In this document: positions 8,910 through 19,426 of the stretch, in pieces
Position numbering within the stretch: the first letter of the stretch is position 1
Layout: each line of letters opens with the position of its first letter
From: Deltaproteobacteria bacterium
Lineage (GTDB): Bacteria > Desulfobacterota > B13-G15 > RBG-16-54-18
NCBI GenBank assembly: GCA_019308925.1
Contig: JAFDHG010000007.1
Span: forward strand, 10,169 to 74,168
Reading direction: 5' to 3'
Length of the DNA stretch: 64,000 bases
Notes under the pieces: model-generated
Seen by the model: the letters and a program-made list of their open reading frames with translations, nothing else
What the model was told of the DNA's origin: nothing
The model's database searches: none
Program-made: the position numbers and the translations under genes

Positions 8910-9138
8910 AAATCAGCAGTCGAACATTATGAAAAAAGGGAAAGATTCATCGTCGAACCTTAATTATTACCTCACAAAGTCAAGGGGACTTACACCAAAA
9001 CGTAATTATACAGCAGGGTTAATTGAAGTAGAATGGTTGATGGTTTTTAAAAAGATGGATTGATAGAAACTTTACTATTCCTTTAAGACTTCCACGTTCA
9101 TGACTCAGGAAGAAGAAAGGAAATACCTTATTGGGGGT

Positions 9139-9161
9139 TTCAGGGGGCCTTGCCCCCTGAA
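9139..9161. terminator. Perfect 10-bp GC-rich hairpin (TTCAGGGGGC-ctt-GCCCCCTGAA) with an outer GGTTTCAG/CTGAAACC extension, a likely bidirectional terminator
   Basis: It lies between the convergent low-GC cassette (+) and the end of the yibQ-like operon (-). There is no clear U-tract. Confidence 0.4.
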
Positions 9162-9241
9162 GTAGACCTGAAACCACATAAGGGCCGAAATGGCACAGGG
9201 ACTCAATTTACCGTACAGTATTTTCGCGGCAAAATGGTTGA

Positions 9242-10456
9242 CTAATCCAAAATCTGGGAAAGGGGGACAATTTCCACCCCCTCTGCCTGTAGCTTGGGAA
9301 TCACCTCCTTGAGGGCGGTGATGGTAGCGGGGTGGGGGTGGCATATCCCGATGGCCTTGCCGTGGGTCTGAGCGATTCGGATCAACCTTTTCAATTGGGC
9401 TTCGATATCCTTCACATTGGCTTCGTTGTCCAAGAAGAGGTCTCTTTTGCCCACCTTCAGGGCCATCTCTTGGGCGATCCGATAGCCCTTGCTCTTGGAT
9501 GTGGTGAGGCTATCAAGAAAGAAGAGGTCTCTTTTTTTCAATTCTTGCAGCACCAACCTCACCTTTTCCCCATGTTCCATGAACCGAGAGCCCATATGGT
9601 TGTCTACCCCCCTGATGTAAGGGATCGCTTCTAGATCCTCTCTCAACTGGCGCAAGAGCTCTTTTTCGCCCATGGAGACAAAGAGGGCCCCTTCTCCTGG
9701 GTCCTTTAAAGGATATCCACGTGGCTCCATGGGCAGATGAAGGATGACCTCCCTGCCCTGGGCATGGGCCCTTTGGGCGATGCGGCGGGAAAAGGAACGC
9801 AAGGGTAAGATGGAGAAGGTCAGGGGGACATCCAGACGCAAAAACTCCTCGGCGGCCTTTTTGTCCAGCCCTAGATCGTCCACCACAATGACTATACGGT
9901 GCCGCAGAGGTATAGGTTTAGGTGGCTTCAATTTTGGGGGACGGAGGATCAGGTGGTGGGTCAAGAGGCCATCGGTCCTTAGCTCTATCCCCCAAGCGCC
10001 GTCCGGGGCCCTCGCCCTGGTTAGGGTGACCTCTGGGCAGACCTCCTTTATCTTCTGCACCAGCTGGGAGGTGAACTTTTCCGGCCCGGCCCCTTGGGGC
10101 AAAATTACCTCCCAGTAGGATAGGGTCCAGGCCTTTCCCTCCCTCCTTCGCGCTTCCCCCCACTTGTGGATATCGTTGCGGGGGATCTCCAACTGATAAA
10201 ACTGGGCAAGCAGCACCTGATCCACCACCCTCACCCTCTGAGGGAAAGGGGTGGGGGGGGGTCTCAGGTGCAGATAATACAGGGTGATCCCCAGAACAGC
10301 CCCCATGCATAAAAGGACCACTAACCAGATGGGGATTTTTCTGCCCTTCTTTTTTTTTCTCGTAGAAGGGGACCTCTTTTTGACGGTGGACCTTCGACTG
10401 GTGCTTGCCTTAGGGGGAGTAGTTCTTCCCTTCCTGTTGCCCCTTTTGTCGGCCAC
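9242..10456 (-). CDS. Divergent polysaccharide deacetylase family protein (YibQ-like) with an N-terminal membrane anchor
   Basis: 404 aa: a basic N-terminus, one transmembrane segment, then a YibQ-type domain. Last gene of the ftsEX-envC-ctpA operon. Confidence 0.7.
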   Translation of the reverse strand: MADKRGNRKGRTTPPKASTSRRSTVKKRSPSTRKKKKGRKIPIWLVVLLCMGAVLGITLYYLHLRPPPTPFPQRVRVVDQVLLAQFYQLEIPRNDIHKWGEARRREGKAWTLSYWEVILPQGAGPEKFTSQLVQKIKEVCPEVTLTRARAPDGAWGIELRTDGLLTHHLILRPPKLKPPKPIPLRHRIVIVVDDLGLDKKAAEEFLRLDVPLTFSILPLRSFSRRIAQRAHAQGREVILHLPMEPRGYPLKDPGEGALFVSMGEKELLRQLREDLEAIPYIRGVDNHMGSRFMEHGEKVRLVLQELKKRDLFFLDSLTTSKSKGYRIAQEMALKVGKRDLFLDNEANVKDIEAQLKRLIRIAQTHGKAIGICHPHPATITALKEVIPKLQAEGVEIVPLSQILD

Positions 10457-10462
10457 TTCCGC

Positions 10463-11689
10463 TTATCTCACCGCAGAACCGAGGAATTTCTGAAAGATCC
10501 TCAGCCCCTTAAGGTGCTCCAAGGCCCTGTTCAATTGGTGATCTTCCTTGCGTTCCTTTTTTATCTCCCCGTGAGATACCTCCTTGGCCAGGGGGATATC
10601 TGGTTGGATCCCTTTATCTTGGATAGAACGATTGCTGGGGGTATAATAAAGGGCGGTGGTCAACCTAATGCCAGAGCTGTCTCCCAGAGGGATGATGGTC
10701 TGCACAGAGCCCTTGCCAAAGGTCTTGGTCCCCAAGATCACCGCCCGCCCATAATCCTGGAGGGCCCCGGCCACGATCTCCGAGGCGCTGGCACTGCCTT
10801 GGTTCACCAGGACGACTACTGGCCAAGGAGGTAAGGTCCCCTCCTTGTGGGCCTTAAAGACCATCTTCTCCGGGTCTCCTCGCCCCTTGATGGTGACGAT
10901 CACCCCTTGGTCCAGAAAGAAATCTGCCACTTCCACCGCCTGATCCAGAAGACCTCCGGGGTTGTTCCTCAGATCCAGGATCATACCGTTTATCCCCTCT
11001 GGGTTTTCCTTTTTCAAGGCCTCCAGGGCCTTTCTGACATCAGCAGTGGTCTGTTCCTGAAACTGCAATATCCGGAGGTACCCATATCCCTTCTCCAAGG
11101 TCTTGAACTTTACACTCTTGATCTTGATGATATCCCTCATGATGGTGAAATCTTTGGGCTTAGTGAACCCCTCTCGCATAATGGTGATGGTAACCTGGGT
11201 CCCCTTGGGACCCCTCAGCCTCTTCACACACTCCATAAGGCTCAACCCCTTGGTCGAGTGCCCCTCTATCTTCAAGATCTTATCCCCTGCCTTAATCCCC
11301 GCCCGGTGGGCTGGGGTGTCCTCAATAGGGGCGATGACCGTCAGGATCCTATCCTTTACGGCGATCTCTATTCCCAACCCCCCAAAGCTCCCTTTTGTCT
11401 CCAATTGGAGTTCCCGGTACATATCAGGGGTGAGGTAGGCGGAGTGGGGATCGAGGCTGTTCAGCATCCCCTCTATCGCTCCACTGATGAGGTCTTCTGT
11501 CTTTACCTCCTCCACGTAGTTCTTCTTGACGATCTCCAAGACCTCGGTGAAGATCCTCAGCATTTCGTAGGTCTTGTTGGACAAGGCCGAGACCTTGTGG
11601 ACATAGAGGCCACCTACAAGAAGGCCGAATACAAAGCAGAGGAGTATCAACCAACCTATCTTTTTGTTCTTGAACATATCTCCCTCCAT
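10463..11689 (-). CDS. ctpA: Carboxyl-terminal processing protease (S41 peptidase with PDZ domain)
   Basis: N-terminal transmembrane segment, PDZ region (GLGIEI...) and an S41 catalytic region (GSASASEI). Confidence 0.85.
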   Translation of the reverse strand: MEGDMFKNKKIGWLILLCFVFGLLVGGLYVHKVSALSNKTYEMLRIFTEVLEIVKKNYVEEVKTEDLISGAIEGMLNSLDPHSAYLTPDMYRELQLETKGSFGGLGIEIAVKDRILTVIAPIEDTPAHRAGIKAGDKILKIEGHSTKGLSLMECVKRLRGPKGTQVTITIMREGFTKPKDFTIMRDIIKIKSVKFKTLEKGYGYLRILQFQEQTTADVRKALEALKKENPEGINGMILDLRNNPGGLLDQAVEVADFFLDQGVIVTIKGRGDPEKMVFKAHKEGTLPPWPVVVLVNQGSASASEIVAGALQDYGRAVILGTKTFGKGSVQTIIPLGDSSGIRLTTALYYTPSNRSIQDKGIQPDIPLAKEVSHGEIKKERKEDHQLNRALEHLKGLRIFQKFLGSAVR

Positions 11690-11693
11690 TTCT

Positions 11694-12842
11694 TCATTTC
11701 TTCTTTGACCTCCCCTTGTGGGAGAAGGCCAGCCACTTTAAAGGATCCTCAGACCTGCCGTGGTGTCTGATCTCAAAATAGAGCATGGGGCCTTCTATGG
11801 ATCCTGTGCTCCCCACCAAGGCCACCACCTCGCCCATCTTTACCTCCTCCCCCACCTTCTTCAGAAGGCGAGAGGCATGGGCAGAAATGGTGTAGTACCC
11901 ATCTCCATGGTCGATGATCATCAGATTCCCATATCCCTTGAACCAAGAGGCATAGGCTACCTTACCGTTGAAGACCGCCTGTATCTCCGCTCCCTCCGGG
12001 GCCTTGATCCCTATTCCCTTTTTCCTTCCCTGCGGGGAAAAGGGGATTCCTCTAACAGGGGGGAGAAGCTTTCCCCGCAGGGCCTTAAAACCAGCCCCTT
12101 TTAAGGAGGCGGCCTTTAGCTTCAACTTTTCGATCAGGGAGCGCAGGTCCTTCTCACTTTCCTTCAACTCAGCAATGGCCTTCTGATAGGCCCGCCTTTC
12201 GGCCTTTACGGCGGCCAACATTTTGGACCTTTTCCGCTTTTCCCTCTCTATTTCCTTTTTTTTGGCCTCTATCTCCCTCTTTTTCCTCAGCAGGTCCCCC
12301 CTTTCCTGTATCAATTCCTTCTTTCTTCCTTCCCTCTCTCCGATGGCCCTCTGATATGCCTGCAGAAGTCGCAGATCACTCTCCACGATCAGGCGAAAGA
12401 GCTTATACCTTCTCAGGGCGTCGCTGTAACCCTCAGCAGAGAAGAGAACCCTCACCACACCCACCCGATGGAGTTTATACATGGCCCTCACCCTGGATGT
12501 AAATCTCTCTTCCAAGGCCGCCAGGAGTCTTTCCAATCTCGCTATCTCACCTTCATGTTGGGCCACCTTTTTCCCCAGCACCTTCATCTCTGTGTTCAGT
12601 TTTCTGAGCTCTCTCTTCTTACGATTCAGCCTGCGCCCGATCTCATCGAGGGCATCTGTGATCTTCCTTTCCTCCCACCACTTCTTACGGGCCTTCTTCT
12701 TCTTTTCTTGTAGCTGTTTTTGGACCTCCGTAAGATCTCCCTTTTTCTTCTGGATGGTCTTTTCCAGCTCCTTCACCCCTTTGCCCCAAGAAGGGCAGGA
12801 GAGGAGCACAGCGATGATGGGCACAAAAAGAAGGACCTTCAT
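11694..12842 (-). CDS. envC: Murein hydrolase activator EnvC-like (coiled coil plus M23 peptidase domain)
   Basis: Signal peptide, a long coiled-coil region rich in Glu/Lys/Arg, and a C-terminal M23 (LytM) domain. Confidence 0.8.
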   Translation of the reverse strand: MKVLLFVPIIAVLLSCPSWGKGVKELEKTIQKKKGDLTEVQKQLQEKKKKARKKWWEERKITDALDEIGRRLNRKKRELRKLNTEMKVLGKKVAQHEGEIARLERLLAALEERFTSRVRAMYKLHRVGVVRVLFSAEGYSDALRRYKLFRLIVESDLRLLQAYQRAIGEREGRKKELIQERGDLLRKKREIEAKKKEIEREKRKRSKMLAAVKAERRAYQKAIAELKESEKDLRSLIEKLKLKAASLKGAGFKALRGKLLPPVRGIPFSPQGRKKGIGIKAPEGAEIQAVFNGKVAYASWFKGYGNLMIIDHGDGYYTISAHASRLLKKVGEEVKMGEVVALVGSTGSIEGPMLYFEIRHHGRSEDPLKWLAFSHKGRSKKK

Positions 12843-12845
12843 ACC

Positions 12846-13736
12846 CTAAACCCCCGCCGCTTTCCTCAAGGCGAGGAGCCCTCCCAGCAGACCCGAGGCC
12901 ATCCCCACCCCCAGGATCCCGACAATCAAGTCAGGGGGGAGAAAACTCAGGCGCAGCTGGCCGAAATAGAGGCTCAAATAGGGAGATACCTTGAGGGAAA
13001 AGAGATGGAACAGAAAAAAGAGCAGCAGGAGGGAACCCCCGGCCCCCAAGAGCCCCTGTAGCCCCCCCTCCAGGTAGAAGGGGGATTTGACAAAGGCCTC
13101 CGCCACCCCCACCAGCCTCATGATCTCGATCTCCTCCCTTTTATTATAGAGTGTGAGGCGAACGGTGTTAGCTGTGACCGAGACAATGATGATTACCAGA
13201 ATTCCCCCCAGGATCCATGCCCCCCACCTGAGGATGTAGAGAAAGAGGGAGAGCCTTTCCAACCAAACACCTCCGTATTGGGCCTCTTCTACCTCTTTTA
13301 TCCTATTTAATTTCGTGGACAAGGACCGTATTCGCTCAGGGGTCCTTAAGGATTCACCCAATTCGACCTCCAAAGAGGCCGGGAAGATCTTCTCCTTCAC
13401 CCCCTCCAGCACCCCCCCATAGCCAGCGAGATCCCGCTTAAAGGACTCCATGGCCTTCCGTTTAGAGATATACCTCACCTCTCTTATGCCATCTTCCTTT
13501 TGCAGGTCTGTCTTGAGCTGAAGAGCCCTTTTTTCGCTTACCCCATCTTTTAGATAGAGAATAATTTGTACCTTCTTCTCCCAGGTCTCCAGAAAGAAGT
13601 CGAAATTGAGGAACAGGAGCAGAAAAGATCCAAAGAGAAAAAAGGAGGTAGCGATGGTCCCTATACTCATGAAGTGGGCGGGACCATTCTCCTTCATATC
13701 CCCCAAGGCCCTTCGGATGAAATAAGAGGTGCCCAT
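12846..13736 (-). CDS. ftsX: Cell division permease FtsX
   Basis: 296 aa with four transmembrane segments and a periplasmic loop. Adjacent to ftsE. Confidence 0.85.
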   Translation of the reverse strand: MGTSYFIRRALGDMKENGPAHFMSIGTIATSFFLFGSFLLLFLNFDFFLETWEKKVQIILYLKDGVSEKRALQLKTDLQKEDGIREVRYISKRKAMESFKRDLAGYGGVLEGVKEKIFPASLEVELGESLRTPERIRSLSTKLNRIKEVEEAQYGGVWLERLSLFLYILRWGAWILGGILVIIIVSVTANTVRLTLYNKREEIEIMRLVGVAEAFVKSPFYLEGGLQGLLGAGGSLLLLFFLFHLFSLKVSPYLSLYFGQLRLSFLPPDLIVGILGVGMASGLLGGLLALRKAAGV

Positions 13737-13745
13737 CCTTCCTCC

Positions 13746-14402
13746 TCACCCCACCAGTCTTCCTCTGTAAAGGGGCAGGGCCCTCTTTTTATACTTGGCT
13801 ACCAGGTTTGTATCGTGGGTCGCCACCACCACCGTCGTCCCCAAGTAGTTGACCTTCTCCAAAAGGTCTATTATCTCCACCGTGAGCCCAGGATCTAAAT
13901 TCCCGGTGGGCTCATCCGCCATGAGGATGGAGGGAGTATTGACCAGGGCCCGAGCTATGGCCACCCTCTGTTGTTCCCCCCCGGAGAGCTTAAAGGGGGT
14001 TTGCTTCACCACCCTCTCCTCCAGCCCCACCAACCTCAAGACCTGTCTGACCCTCTTCGAGATCTCCTGCTTCTTGTACCCCAGGGTCTCCAAGAGCAGT
14101 GAGATGTTTCCATAGACGGTCTTGTGGCTTAACAGCTTGAAGTCTTGAAAGACAAAGCCAATCTCCCTGCGTAAAAGGTGGATCTGGGAGTTTTTGAGCC
14201 TGGCCACATTCCTTCCGTTGACCAAGATCTCCCCCCGGTCAGGCCTCTCAGTCCGGATGATCAATTTCAACAGCGTCGTCTTACCCGCCCCACTGGGTCC
14301 GGTGATGAAGACGAATTCACCCTTTTCTATCCTGAAGCTAATTTCGGCCAGGGCCTCGATATTCCCCGGGTATGTCTTGTAGACCTGAAAGAATTGGATC
14401 AT
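13746..14402 (-). CDS. ftsE: Cell division ATP-binding protein FtsE
   Basis: ABC ATPase with Walker A (GPSGAGKTT), signature LSGGQQQR and Walker B motifs. Confidence 0.9.
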   Translation of the reverse strand: MIQFFQVYKTYPGNIEALAEISFRIEKGEFVFITGPSGAGKTTLLKLIIRTERPDRGEILVNGRNVARLKNSQIHLLRREIGFVFQDFKLLSHKTVYGNISLLLETLGYKKQEISKRVRQVLRLVGLEERVVKQTPFKLSGGEQQRVAIARALVNTPSILMADEPTGNLDPGLTVEIIDLLEKVNYLGTTVVVATHDTNLVAKYKKRALPLYRGRLVG

Positions 14403-14534
14403 TGAACCGTGCTAATAATTTTAGAAATCTAGTTAACATATTCTGGCAATTATTGCAAGGGACAGAGGCAGGGTGACAAAAAGGGAATCAGAGGTGCGCG
14501 AGGCCGTCGTAGAGGCGATTGGTGATGACCAAGA

Positions 14535-15161
14535 TTACCCCTTTTCGAGGTCAACCAACGTCCTTTCTATGGCCTCGGCGAGTAGCTTGTTGATCATCCT
14601 CTCGGCGGTTTTCAGGCGAAATGTCACCGTCTTATAAGAAGAGGAGAGCTCTATTGTCTGGTTATATCTGACTTTCTTCTCCTTTACATCGGCAACCACC
14701 ACCCTGAGTTTGAGTTTGCATTCATAGAAGGTCCTCACATAGCTCTTCACCTCGACAGAGAGCTCCTCTAGTGAGCCACCGATAACCCAGCCCCCCCACT
14801 CAGGGCTTATGGTCTGAGAATCCAGACCCCAGCCGGGGGTCTCCCCTCGAACTGTATACCCCTTTTTGAAGAGATATGTCTTAAAGGCCTTGGTGACGTT
14901 GGCTGAGGGGGCCTCTCGTGACGAGACAAAAGGAGTTTCTTTACCCTCAGAGTCCACCCTCGTGCCGATGGTCCTCAAATCGGCCACCCCCCTGTTATCC
15001 CCAAAGGTGGTTACGGTGATCACCTTCCCCCTGAGCTCTGTGCTTACTTGGGGAGGCTCCTTTTCGGGGACATAGCGGAGGTGGATGGGGTATGTGGACA
15101 CCGTGGCACAGGCGAGCAATAGAGCCGCCACCCCCATGGTTATAAGACCCATCTTTTTCAT
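14535..15161 (-). CDS. Lipoprotein of unknown function (lipobox LLAC)
   Basis: Signal peptide MKKMGLITMGVAALLLAC followed by a soluble domain. Confidence 0.6.
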   Translation of the reverse strand: MKKMGLITMGVAALLLACATVSTYPIHLRYVPEKEPPQVSTELRGKVITVTTFGDNRGVADLRTIGTRVDSEGKETPFVSSREAPSANVTKAFKTYLFKKGYTVRGETPGWGLDSQTISPEWGGWVIGGSLEELSVEVKSYVRTFYECKLKLRVVVADVKEKKVRYNQTIELSSSYKTVTFRLKTAERMINKLLAEAIERTLVDLEKG

Positions 15162-15754
15162 GATAATATCTCGCTAAATTGCAAGGGGCTAGAAGCTAGT
15201 ATAGGGCCTTTAAGGGGGGTTGTAAAGGGGTTTAAAACTAATAATATATGTTACGGTCTTATTTTGCCTCTTAATCCTATGATAGGCAGGATATCTACTT
15301 TGTCCAATGTCAACAGGCTGACCTCAGATATGAAATGGATTATACGCCATCTTACAAAAAGAACAAAAAGACCAAAAATCCATAGAACATACCCATCATC
15401 CCTAAGATTATGCCCCTGTACACGTTCATCTCGGCAACCTCCTTGAATAATTTTTGATTACCTCTATGTGCTCGGTTATATCCATGACAACTTTGGTGCA
15501 AAATTTGTGCTAAGATATGGTTTTGGTAAGTCCTTGATAGCACTGGTTTTCTGCGGTGAGGTGAGGTTGACCTTGGAGTCTATGTGACAATTTTTGTCAG
15601 TTATTTTAGTCTAATTTGGCCCCTTTCCCAAAGTCGGCTACCCTCCAATGACGTAACTTCTTGGAATTACTGTCGCTGGAGATCGGGCGTGACTTTGCAG
15701 TTGAAAATTTCCCTTTCTTTTTTTATAATTTTACTATATTAACCACGCTCCGAC

Positions 15755-15781
15755 AAAAAAAGGCCAGGCATTTGCCTGGCC
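15755..15781 (-). terminator. Rho-independent terminator of fhs (GGCCAGGC-ATTT-GCCTGGCC followed by a U-run on the minus strand)
   Basis: 8-bp GC stem followed by an A7 run on the plus strand (a T-run on the minus strand), 28 nt past the fhs stop. Confidence 0.55.
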
Positions 15782-15808
15782 TTATGAACGGATGTTTTTT
15801 CGCCTCTC

Positions 15809-17572
15809 TTAGAAAAGCCCTTGAACTAAGCCGGTCTCTACATCCACATCAACCTTGCGGAAGGCAGGACTAGAGGAAGTACCTGGCATCAGGCTGATGG
15901 TCCCGGCGCACGGGCAGAGGAACTTGGCCCCGGAATAGATCAACACGTCGCGGATAGGCAGGGTCCATCCTTTGGGGGTGCCCTTAATAGCTGGATCGTG
16001 TGTCAGGCTCAGGTGGGTCTTCACCATCATAGTGGCGTAGTCATCATATTTGGAATCGCTCTCAAGCATCTTGGCCTTGGCCTCGGCATCAGGGGTCCAC
16101 GACACCCCGTCAGCTCCATAGACCACCTTGGCGATCTTATCGACCCGCTCCCGCAGCTTCATTTCCACGGGATAGAGGAACTTAAAATCGTTCGTATCTT
16201 CGCAGGCTTCCATCACTGCATCGGCCAACTCCAAGGCGCCATCGCCGCCCTTGAGCCAGTGTTCGCTGACCGCGCAGCGTGCCCCGGCCCCCTCGGCTGC
16301 CTTTCGGACCATGGCGATCTCTTCCTTGGTGTCGGTATGGAAGGCATTGATGCACACCACCGGGTTGATGCCTGATGTCTTGATGATCTTGATGTGGTGC
16401 AGCATGTTAGAAATGCCCTTTTCCAATAGCCCCAGATCCTCCTTGGCGTAGGAATCAGGTATGGGCAGACCAGCCACCACCTTGGGGCCACCGCCATGCA
16501 TCTTCAAGGCCCTGATGGTGGTGGTGAGGACCGACACATGCGGCGTGAGACCGCTGTAGCGACACTTGACGTTCCAGAACTTCTCAAAGCCGATATCTGC
16601 GCCAAAGCCGCTCTCAGTAACATGGTAGTCAAACAGCTTCAGACCAACACGGTCGGCGATGATGGAGGACTGACCCACAGCGATGTTGGCAAAGGGGCCA
16701 GCGTGCACCATGCAAGGCTGATACTCCACGGTGCAGCCCAGGGTGGGGTTGATGGTGTTGCGCATCCAGGCGGTCATGGCACCTCCCACCTCGAGGTCGC
16801 CGGTGGTGACGATATTGCCCTTCTTGTCAAAGGCTACGGTAATGTTATCCATCCTCTCGCGCAGGTCTGCCAGGTCCCTGACAATGGAGAGCATGGCCAT
16901 GAGTTCAGAGCTCACGGTGATACCGAACTTGGACTGCATGGCAAAGCCGTCCATGCGACCACCGAGGCCTATGACGATGTTCCTGAGGCTCTGGGCACAG
17001 AAGTCCATGACCCAGCCCATCTCCACCCTGGTGGGGTCAATGTCCAGGCGGCGCATCCCGCTGCGCTTGATCAATTCCTCGTCATCGTAATTGCGCTCAT
17101 GTTGCATCCTGGCGGTCAGTGCTACCATGGCCAGGTTGTGGGCATTGGTGATGTCGTTGATGTCTCCAGTGAGGCCCATGGAAAATTCTGTCATAGGAAT
17201 CCAGAGGGCGTTCCCCCCACCAGCAGCTGTCCCCTTGATGTTCATGGTAGGACCGCCAGAGGGCTGACGAATGGCCCCTCCGACATTCTTGCCACGCTTG
17301 CCCATACCCTCCAGGATACCCATCGTGGTCGTTGTTTTACCCTCACCCAATGGCGTGGGGGTTATGGCGGTTACCTCAATGTACTTGCCGTCCGGTTTGT
17401 CCTTGAGCCGTTCGATGATCTTCAGAAAATCGAGCCTACAGAGTCTCGCGTAAGGTATGATTTCATCCCTTTGCAGGTTCAGCCTTTCGCGCCACTCCTC
17501 TGGGGTTGGCATCTTCTTCTCTGCATCCTCTGCAATTTGCCAATCGGCAAGTTTTGTGGGATCGTACGCCAT
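15809..17572 (-). CDS. fhs: Formate--tetrahydrofolate ligase
   Basis: 587 aa with the FTHFS signature [12 protein letters not shown] and conserved C-terminal blocks. Confidence 0.92.
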   Translation of the reverse strand: MAYDPTKLADWQIAEDAEKKMPTPEEWRERLNLQRDEIIPYARLCRLDFLKIIERLKDKPDGKYIEVTAITPTPLGEGKTTTTMGILEGMGKRGKNVGGAIRQPSGGPTMNIKGTAAGGGNALWIPMTEFSMGLTGDINDITNAHNLAMVALTARMQHERNYDDEELIKRSGMRRLDIDPTRVEMGWVMDFCAQSLRNIVIGLGGRMDGFAMQSKFGITVSSELMAMLSIVRDLADLRERMDNITVAFDKKGNIVTTGDLEVGGAMTAWMRNTINPTLGCTVEYQPCMVHAGPFANIAVGQSSIIADRVGLKLFDYHVTESGFGADIGFEKFWNVKCRYSGLTPHVSVLTTTIRALKMHGGGPKVVAGLPIPDSYAKEDLGLLEKGISNMLHHIKIIKTSGINPVVCINAFHTDTKEEIAMVRKAAEGAGARCAVSEHWLKGGDGALELADAVMEACEDTNDFKFLYPVEMKLRERVDKIAKVVYGADGVSWTPDAEAKAKMLESDSKYDDYATMMVKTHLSLTHDPAIKGTPKGWTLPIRDVLIYSGAKFLCPCAGTISLMPGTSSSPAFRKVDVDVETGLVQGLF

Positions 17573-17870
17573 TTTTTAACCTCCTTTTAAAATTTTTTTG
17601 ATTTGTTCAAAGGCCCCTTTTCCGATTAATTTTGTTGCCTTTAGTCATTAAATGCAATTTATTATATTAACCTCTCCGATTTGTCAAGAGAGATTTTATG
17701 CCCATGGTGGGGTATTACGCCTTATGCAAGATTTTGGAGATAGAGAGTGTTTAAAAATATGGATCTTCTTCAATTTAGTTGGTGGAATTGAAAGGATGCA
17801 AGGGGTCAACCTTCAAGCAGGGTTCAAGGATTCCAGGATCCTAGGGTTCTAGTGTATTTCACTCGACCAC

Positions 17871-17940
17871 TGGACCCCTGGAACCCTGTATCTATTGGCC
17901 CCTAGCCCCCTGGAACCCTATGAGATGAATCCTTGGACCC
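17871..17940. repeat. Five dispersed copies of a TGG(A)ACCC(C/T) octamer in the fhs upstream / mnmE downstream intergenic region
   Basis: Copies start at 17871, 17879, 17896, 17911 and 17934 with irregular spacing. Confidence 0.3.
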
Positions 17941-18040
17941 TTTTTAGCAACTTTTTTGGAGAAAAATCAAAAACATTTACTTTCAAAAAACCTCATTATG
18001 GCTAGTATCCTTGGTGTTTCTCTCTATATCTTTTTTAGCC

Positions 18041-19426
18041 CTACTTCCCGACGCAGAATCGGGAAAAGATCGCCCCTAAGACCTCCTCAGGGGTCGTCTC
18101 CCCCACAATCTCTCCCAGGATGCCGAGGACCCTTTTGATTTCGATGGCGGTAATGTCCCATGGTATCCCTTGCCCCTCCAGGACCTCCTTAAGGGCCTCC
18201 TTTGCCCTCTCTAAGACCCTCTTGTGGCGCAAGTTCACGGGGACCAGCTCCCCTGCCCCCCTCCTCACCCTCCCCTTCACGATGGCATCTACCATCCCCC
18301 TCCTTAACCTCTCGATCCCATCCCCCCTCAGGGCGGATATGGGATAAATATCCTTTATCTCCGCTTCCTTTCTTACCTCCTCCTCAGAAAGACGATGGGG
18401 AAGATCTATCTTATTGAGAACAACAACGGCCTTTCTCCCCTTCGCTTCCCTGAAGATCCCTCGGTCCTCCTCGTCCAGGGGACGGCTCCTGTCCACCACA
18501 AGGAGGATTAGATGAGCCTCGGACAGTTTCTCCTTGGCGAGCTTCACCCCCTCCTGCTCCACCTCATCCCTTGGCTCCCTTAATCCGGCCATATCCATAA
18601 GCCTGATAAGGACCCCCGATAGGTTTATGACCTCTTCGATGACATCGGTGGTGGTCCCGGGGATTGTAGTGACGATGGCTCGCCTCCTCTCTAGCAACTG
18701 GTTCAGAAGGGTTGACTTTCCCACATTGGTCTTCCCCACTATGGCCACCTTCACCCCATCCCGGTAGATCTCCCCTTCCTCATAGGCCCCTATCAACCCA
18801 TCTAACTTGGCCAAGATGCGATGAAGCCCCTCCGTTACTTCCTCTATAGAGGGGGGGTCTATATCCTCCTCAGGAAAATCTATATACGCCTCGATGGGGA
18901 CGAGGACCCCCACAAGCTCCTCCCTCAGCCCCTTTACCTCTTGGGAGAGCCTCCCCCGAAGTTGTTCTCTGGCCAGCCGCAGCCCCTCCTCGGTCTTGGC
19001 CTGGATGATGTCCAGGACGGCTTCGGCCTGCGCAAGGTCTATCCTCTCCGCAAGAAAGGCCCTCTTGGTGAACTCCCCTGGAAGGGCCTCCCTGGCCCCC
19101 TCTCGCAAAACCACCTCCAGGACCCGTTGTATGACCAAAAACCCCCCATGGCAGTTGATCTCCACCACATCTTGCCTAGTATATGTCTTTGGGAGGGCCA
19201 TAAAGGTAAGGAGGACCTCATCGATGGTCCTCCCTTCTTTGGGATCTACGATCTCCCCGTAGCGAATTTGGTGGGATTTGAGGACTGACGAACCTCTCCG
19301 CGGCTGGAAGATCCTCTCCGCGATCCTCTTCGCATCCGGACCGCTTATCCGCACAATGCCGATACCGCTCTCTCCATAAGGAGTGGCTATAGCGGCAATG
19401 GTGTCATTCTCATCTCCCTGAAACAT
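18041..19426 (-). CDS. mnmE: tRNA modification GTPase MnmE (TrmE)
   Basis: 461 aa with a central G domain (GKTNVGKSTLLN) and the C-terminal C(V/I)GK motif. Confidence 0.9.
   Translation of the reverse strand: MFQGDENDTIAAIATPYGESGIGIVRISGPDAKRIAERIFQPRRGSSVLKSHQIRYGEIVDPKEGRTIDEVLLTFMALPKTYTRQDVVEINCHGGFLVIQRVLEVVLREGAREALPGEFTKRAFLAERIDLAQAEAVLDIIQAKTEEGLRLAREQLRGRLSQEVKGLREELVGVLVPIEAYIDFPEEDIDPPSIEEVTEGLHRILAKLDGLIGAYEEGEIYRDGVKVAIVGKTNVGKSTLLNQLLERRRAIVTTIPGTTTDVIEEVINLSGVLIRLMDMAGLREPRDEVEQEGVKLAKEKLSEAHLILLVVDRSRPLDEEDRGIFREAKGRKAVVVLNKIDLPHRLSEEEVRKEAEIKDIYPISALRGDGIERLRRGMVDAIVKGRVRRGAGELVPVNLRHKRVLERAKEALKEVLEGQGIPWDITAIEIKRVLGILGEIVGETTPEEVLGAIFSRFCVGK

Noticed and set aside
14444-14457. 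TGGCA-N4-TTGCA, which resembles a sigma54 -24/-12 element
   Set aside because: The GG-to-GC spacing is 10 nt instead of 12. It is on the + strand with no downstream + gene.
15585-15599. Perfect palindrome TGACAA-ttt-TTGTCA about 420 nt upstream of the lipoprotein gene
   Set aside because: It is isolated and far from any start codon. It is not CRP/FNR-like (TTGAT-N4-ATCAA), so it may be a chance palindrome in AT-rich DNA.
17821-17860. GGTTCAAGGATTCC resembling a tRNA T-arm
   Set aside because: No complementary T-stem, acceptor stem or anticodon arm could be built around it.
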